Shown here: in pieces, positions 54,871 through 59,268 of the stretch | How positions within the stretch are numbered: position 1 is the stretch's first letter | Layout: the number at the start of each line of letters is the position of its first letter | Origin: a virus | Lineage: Duplodnaviria > Caudoviricetes | Strand: one strand, 5' to 3' | Length of the DNA stretch: 59,268 nt | Virus record (IMG/VR): IMGVR_UViG_3300028024_000010 | Coordinates: 1-59,268 of that record | Notes under the pieces: model-generated | What the model was told of the DNA's origin: nothing | The model's input: only the letters and a program-made list of their open reading frames with translations | The model's database searches: none | Program-made: the position numbers and the translations under genes

Positions 54871-57572
54871 GGGAACAGCCAGTCTGCTGCTTTGACAGTG
54901 CCTCGGCCATTCGGCTCTATCAGGCCATAGGCCGAGACGGCTGACATATAGACCCCGGCCGTGCTGGCAGTCGGCGAAAGACCGACCTTTTCGGCGACTG
55001 CGTCGCGGCGGATGTCCTTCGGCCAAGCCCGATAGATGACCTCGAAAACCCGCTGCTCCTGTGGACCAAGAAGGCCGCGCGCCATCTGATAAAGATCCTC
55101 GCGCGTGGCGGCCGTTGGTGTATTCGCAGCCTTCAAGCCGGCCGGCGTCAGCGCGATCTTGCCTGACGATGTCTCGAGCAATCCGGCTTTGACCAGCTGC
55201 GAGACATAGACGCCGAAAGTCGAGGCCTTCGGGCTATAGCCAGCGACGACGCAGGCGCGGTCACGGGTGGCTGGGTCCTGGCCGATCTTTCGCCACCACG
55301 CCACGGCATCGAGAACACGCTGCTGTGCCACCGCGATACCTTCGGCCTGGCGCGCGGTGGAGCGGACGACGGGATTCGAACCCGCGACATTCGGCTTGGA
55401 AGACTGATGTTCTACCGGCTGAGCTACGTCCGCGGTCTGCTTGACCCTTTCGAGCGGCGCGTTGATGGCGTCAAACAGGTGCTGTGTCTGTGCCAGGATC
55501 TCGTTGATGCATCGCGACGCCTTGCCGCTGATCTCCAGCAGATTGCTGCGCTCCCTGGCCATGCCGGCGGCATACCCCTCCTGATAGGCCTTGGTCCGCA
55601 CCGCAGCCAATTCCTGCTCGCTGGCGTCCTCCTTGCCGGCTTGTTTCTCCAACTCCACGATGCGCCGGCGCAACGCGATCGGATCGTCAGCTTCTGCAGC
55701 TGCCACGGCATCACCAATGAGCGCCCGCAGCTTGGCCGGATCGACTGGAGCCGTTTTGACCTCATGCCGATGATCGTCATCGGTCGGGGTAGCGCTGTTG
55801 TCGTAGGTGCCGATGCGGGGGAACTTGACCAGTTCGACGATATTGGCCTCGCCGGAGATCACCCATCCCTCGCCGGTCTTCAGGCCAGCCAGCGACCGGG
55901 AGACCTTCTCCGCGATGTCCTTGGCGACGTTCCCCTTAAGCCATTCCTTGATCGGCGTCTGATCGGCCGGCAACGTCAGCCGGTGCGCGATCAGCGTTTC
56001 GCAGCTGCCGAGCACGGCGTTATGCAGGGATTGGGTCCGCTGCGTCACCACCACGAGGCGGATGCCCTTGGACCGCCCGGCGGTCGCCAATTTCTTCGCG
56101 AAGTGGATGGTCAGGTTCTCGCCGCCGAAGCCCGCCCGCTCCTTAGGGCAGTTACCAGTCACAAATACCTTTCCATTCCGGCGCGCGACAAACGCGCCAG
56201 TGGGTACAGTCACATCCCAGACCAAGCCATCGTAGTGCTCGCGGGAAGGTTTCCGCACCCAATTCATTCGCCGTTTATTGGCGATATTGACGATCCATTG
56301 GCCACTCGCGGCGGTTTGTTTGGTTGCTGCCAGGCCGAGGCGGATCGCTATCTCCTGAAAATCGTCAGCCAACCCACCATTGTGACCGGGATAAAACCGA
56401 ACCCACTTGCCGTTCAGCGAAGTGCCATCACCCTCGAGCAAACCTTGGAACAGCGCTTCCAACTGATCGCGTGACGCCTGCTCAATGATCCGACGCGGAA
56501 CGCGGTGTAAATCCCCTTCGAGCAACTCAATAAAGCGACGGCTACTCGTCCCGCCAAAATACCAACACACGGACGGGCCTGAACTCACGGTCCTCCCCAT
56601 CGTGGCAGCGGCGCGTTCAGGGCGCTCATAGCGAGACATCCCCTCGATGCCTGCCAGAACGGTATCAATTTCGGAGGCGATAGACCGGCCCACCTTAGTC
56701 GTCGATATCGACTGCGACAGCATTATCCGCGGCTCGACGGTCCGCGCGGAATGGAGATTGCCGTCCGTAATGATCCAGCCAAGTATGCGTGCCTCATCGA
56801 GCGTGAGACCAGCCATTCCCGGTCCAATAGGCGCTCCGCCCACCGGCGTATAGACGTTGGTTGGCACTTTCTCCGCTTGGCAGAATGTCCAATCATATAG
56901 CTTGTAACGCCCGGAGCTTCCGCGTTGGACTCTCCGCAACACCACTCGGTGATCCGGCGTAGAGAGGCTGTCAATTCCGTCGCTCTTGAGCCTTACCATT
57001 TCGCCGCACCACTGGCGGCGAACCACTCGCTCGACCGCACCGTAGAAAAAACGGCCGGTCGCGGTATCAAAACAAACGGCCTCAGCACCGACATCAATAT
57101 CAGCGTGTCGTCTAAAGCCGCTCTTAGTTAGGATCTCAGTGTCTTCTGACAGACAGAACTCGTGCGCCTCCTCGATGACCAGGTAGAGGATGCCGCGCAT
57201 TTTCCGCAGCAGGGCTGGCGCGAATTCCGTGAAGAAGGTCTGCAGCCCGCCCGGCTTGAAATCGGCCATGTCGATGATGGTGAGCGGCAGCTCGCCACCG
57301 GCCACCAGCTCGGCGATCGGCTTACCCGCCGTCTCCTGGATCTGCACATGGCCATGAGGGCCGCCGAGGATCTGGAACGGCAGCCCCGGTCGCTTGCCGT
57401 CGGCGCTGGATATCAGCCCCCACCAGTCGGACTTGATCGGGTCCAGGATGCAGACGCGGGCGCCCTGGGCCACGACATGCTCGACCAGCAGCTTGGCGGT
57501 CGAGGTCTTGCCCGAGCCGGTTTTTCCAACCACGGCGGTGTGCTGGCCGATGATGTCCTTGAAGATCTTCAT
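54867..57572 (-). CDS. HerA/DUF87-like P-loop ATPase with intein and C-terminal winged helices
   Basis: GKTGSGKT Walker A, ILDP, VIEEAHEF Walker B, GRSKG, VTQR; ATGA overlap with the upstream gene. Confidence 0.88.
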   Translation of the reverse strand: MKIFKDIIGQHTAVVGKTGSGKTSTAKLLVEHVVAQGARVCILDPIKSDWWGLISSADGKRPGLPFQILGGPHGHVQIQETAGKPIAELVAGGELPLTIIDMADFKPGGLQTFFTEFAPALLRKMRGILYLVIEEAHEFCLSEDTEILTKSGFRRHADIDVGAEAVCFDTATGRFFYGAVERVVRRQWCGEMVRLKSDGIDSLSTPDHRVVLRRVQRGSSGRYKLYDWTFCQAEKVPTNVYTPVGGAPIGPGMAGLTLDEARILGWIITDGNLHSARTVEPRIMLSQSISTTKVGRSIASEIDTVLAGIEGMSRYERPERAAATMGRTVSSGPSVCWYFGGTSSRRFIELLEGDLHRVPRRIIEQASRDQLEALFQGLLEGDGTSLNGKWVRFYPGHNGGLADDFQEIAIRLGLAATKQTAASGQWIVNIANKRRMNWVRKPSREHYDGLVWDVTVPTGAFVARRNGKVFVTGNCPKERAGFGGENLTIHFAKKLATAGRSKGIRLVVVTQRTQSLHNAVLGSCETLIAHRLTLPADQTPIKEWLKGNVAKDIAEKVSRSLAGLKTGEGWVISGEANIVELVKFPRIGTYDNSATPTDDDHRHEVKTAPVDPAKLRALIGDAVAAAEADDPIALRRRIVELEKQAGKEDASEQELAAVRTKAYQEGYAAGMARERSNLLEISGKASRCINEILAQTQHLFDAINAPLERVKQTADVAQPVEHQSSKPNVAGSNPVVRSTARQAEGIAVAQQRVLDAVAWWRKIGQDPATRDRACVVAGYSPKASTFGVYVSQLVKAGLLETSSGKIALTPAGLKAANTPTAATREDLYQMARGLLGPQEQRVFEVIYRAWPKDIRRDAVAEKVGLSPTASTAGVYMSAVSAYGLIEPNGRGTVKAADWLFP
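55358..55433 (-). tRNA. tRNA-Gly(UCC), nested in frame within the ATPase CDS; possibly degenerate
   Basis: GCGGACG TA GCTC AGCCGGTA GAAC A TCAGT CT TCC AA GCCGA ATGTC GCGGG TTCGAAT CCCGT CGTCCGC T CCA: 76 nt, perfect acceptor stem, U73, encoded CCA. Confidence 0.85.
56151..57155 (-). mobile_element. Intein (335 aa) with LAGLIDADG homing endonuclease
   Basis: Block A CLSEDTEILT, block B TPDHRV, endonuclease GWIITDG and GLLEGDG, block F/G VWDVTV..FVTGN followed by Cys+1. Confidence 0.93.
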
Positions 57573-57871
57573 CCGTTGCCCTTCGTCGGCATTTGCTGCG
57601 CCCAAAAGTCGGCAATGAACTCGTCCAATTCGGCCTGGATCAGTGCAACGCGGTTAAGATCGCCCTCGGTGACGTCATCGTCATCATCGAGCGTGCGCAG
57701 CAGCGTCGCGAAGACATGCTGTGCGCCGGCAAAGAAGGCGGCCCGCATCTCAGACAGCTGGACATATCCAGCGTCTTCAGGAATCGCCATCATCCGCAGG
57801 CTATGCCAGCCGGCCTCAATCAGCTTGCCGCTATTGGCGAGTTCTCGTTCTAGTTCTTCAATCTGGCTCAT
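57569..57871 (-). CDS. Conserved hypothetical phage protein
   Basis: IEAGW..Q..EMRAAFFAGAQH motif. Confidence 0.7.
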   Translation of the reverse strand: MSQIEELERELANSGKLIEAGWHSLRMMAIPEDAGYVQLSEMRAAFFAGAQHVFATLLRTLDDDDDVTEGDLNRVALIQAELDEFIADFWAQQMPTKGNG

Positions 57872-58206
57872 GCAGCCTCCTTCATGCCGGCTCGTTCCCG
57901 GCGCTCTTCGTGTCTGGCAAGGGTCGCTAGGCGCAGCTTAATCGAGTTCTTGCGGCGCCCCATGCGGCGGCCGATATCGACCGGATGGCCACCGGCGATG
58001 ATCGTCGGGAGCGGTCCGTCGACGCTCTGGCCGGCCATGTGGTTGCGCAGGATGACCAGGAATGGCTCCGGCCAGTCGAACTTGATCGCGCCGGCATATA
58101 TCCGGGCCAGGGTCTTCCAACGCAGCCTGCGGGTCATTGTCTTGCGCCCGTCCAGCAGAGCGCGCACCATGGGGCCGCTGAAGATGATGGGTCTGTCGGT
58201 CATCAC
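57868..58206 (-). pseudogene. Chimeric remnant: ASCH-like N-terminus joined to a fragment of a C5 DNA methyltransferase
   Basis: RPIIFSGPMVRALLDGRKTMTRR, then TLARI..G..KF and SVDGPLPTIIAGGH. Confidence 0.55.
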
Positions 58207-58367
58207 TTCCTTGTCGCCTCTGACAGAATCTCGATTGCCCGTTGCGGATCATCATCGTCGATCGCGTTGATCGCACGGCCGATGGCGAGGCGCATCCGGT
58301 GGTTTTCGAAGAGCAGGGCGGCCTTATCGACCGCCGCCACCGCCCAGCTGAAGAAGGACTTGATCAC
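58203..58367 (-). CDS. Small hypothetical protein (54 aa)
   Basis: Manual translation from GTG: MIKSFFSWAVAAVDKAALLFENHRMRLAIGRAINAIDDDDPQRAIEILSEATRK. Confidence 0.5.
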   Translation of the reverse strand: MIKSFFSWAVAAVDKAALLFENHRMRLAIGRAINAIDDDDPQRAIEILSEATRK

Positions 58368-58397
58368 TGCGGCTTCGCCTGCTTCCGGGCTTCCACC

Positions 58398-59268
58398 TCA
58401 CGTCTCGATCTGCGGGTAATATTGCTTGCCGGTTAGCCCGAAGGTGCTGGCAATCGCATTGCGCGCCGTCAACTTCTGGGGATCGCCGAACTTCTGATCG
58501 GCAAGCAAAGGCCGACATTCCGGATGGACGCGAAGCGTATAGCGTTTCCAGCTGCCGTCAGGCTCCGGCGTCGAATTGATGACATGGACCATGACGAGTG
58601 GCTCATCATCGCGGACATTCTTGCGATAGAGCGCGCCGACGCCCTCTTCATGATCGAGGATCTCAGCATTACCGGCGAGCAGATATTTATCGAAACCGAA
58701 GCGTTCCATCATGACGCGCCGGATCTCGGCGTTCGGCTCGGCATCGATCAGCTCGACCGTGATACGTTCCGGACGAAGGATGACCCAATCCGGAACGCGC
58801 ACGCCATGCCAGGAATAGACACCCCAGCCATCACGATATTCGATTGCCGCGCGATCTTCGAAATGAAGCCGGCCTTGGTCATCGCGCGCCAAGTGGCGCG
58901 GGCGGTCGGTCACAAGACAGACTTTCTCCATCGGCCAGAACCAGCCGGCCGATTGCGTCAGTTCGATCAGGCCGACGAGACGCTCGGTCTGCTGGACCAG
59001 GGCGCAGTTTTGGCGGAAGAAATCATAGAAGCCGATCCAGCTGGCATCATGTTGGCCATATCCGCTCGCCCCCACGCTCGCCCCCACGCTCTCCCGCACG
59101 CTCTCCCGCACGCTCGCCCACACGCTCGCCCACACGCTCTCCCACACGCTCTCCCGCACGCTCTCCCGCACGCTCTCCCCCACGCTCGCCCACACGCTCT
59201 CCCGCACGCTCGCCCACACGCTCTCCCGCACGCTCTCCCACACGCTCTCCCCCACGCTCTCCCGCACG
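58398..59268 (-). CDS. 3' part of the DUF6745-like repeat protein
   Basis: GQHDASW..FYDFF, GW.WP, LH....PA-type RAAIEY.DGWGVY.WHGV, NAEIRR, STPEPDG, LRV.P. Confidence 0.85.
   Translation of the reverse strand, partial: VRESVGESVWESVRESVWASVRESVWASVGESVRESVRESVWESVWASVWASVRESVRESVGASVGASGYGQHDASWIGFYDFFRQNCALVQQTERLVGLIELTQSAGWFWPMEKVCLVTDRPRHLARDDQGRLHFEDRAAIEYRDGWGVYSWHGVRVPDWVILRPERITVELIDAEPNAEIRRVMMERFGFDKYLLAGNAEILDHEEGVGALYRKNVRDDEPLVMVHVINSTPEPDGSWKRYTLRVHPECRPLLADQKFGDPQKLTARNAIASTFGLTGKQYYPQIET
59064..59268 (-). repeat. 12-bp coding tandem repeat, ~17 units
   Basis: Same unit as at 1..192. Confidence 0.95.

Larger units (their letters stand above)
1..59268. mobile_element. Near-complete temperate siphovirus genome, circularly permuted, probably the excised form
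   Basis: Integration, immunity, replication, head, tail and lysis modules all present in lambdoid order; one gene is split across the two ends; no host genes seen. Confidence 0.93.

Noticed and set aside
54867-57572. HerA-based defence system (Sir2-HerA or NurA-HerA)
   Set aside because: No partner nuclease or sirtuin is adjacent, and the gene sits in the ordinary early-left operon.

Overview
The window looks like an essentially complete, circularly permuted genome (~59 kb, GC-rich) of a temperate, probably cos-type siphovirus. An alphaproteobacterial host is inferred from GapR-, EcfG- and CtrA-like genes and an RcGTA-type tail tip. Both ends lie inside the same 12-bp coding tandem repeat of one DUF6745-like gene, and an intact attP (5' half of tRNA-Pro) lies next to the integrase, so this is probably the excised form. 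Gene order: early-left operon (Bet/RecT, ECF sigma), CI/Cro switch with readable operators and promoters, early-right and replication genes (CII-like, GapR-RMF fusion, RuvC-like, ParB-like, Gp88-like Fe-S protein, methylase, DnaB, initiator), packaging and HK97-type head, a six-gene glycosyltransferase/methyltransferase block embedded in the head-neck operon, tail, lysis cassette with a papain-like protease, OafA-type acyltransferase, attP/int/xis, and an intein-containing HerA/DUF87-like ATPase. The strongest candidates for undescribed biology are (1) a complete 76-nt tRNA-Gly(UCC) written in frame and on the same strand inside the ATPase CDS, (2) a putative virion-glycosylation pathway, (3) an attP that would restore the host tRNA from its 5' side, and (4) a C1 cysteine protease inside the lysis cassette. 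All family assignments come from motif recognition by eye; no searches were run.
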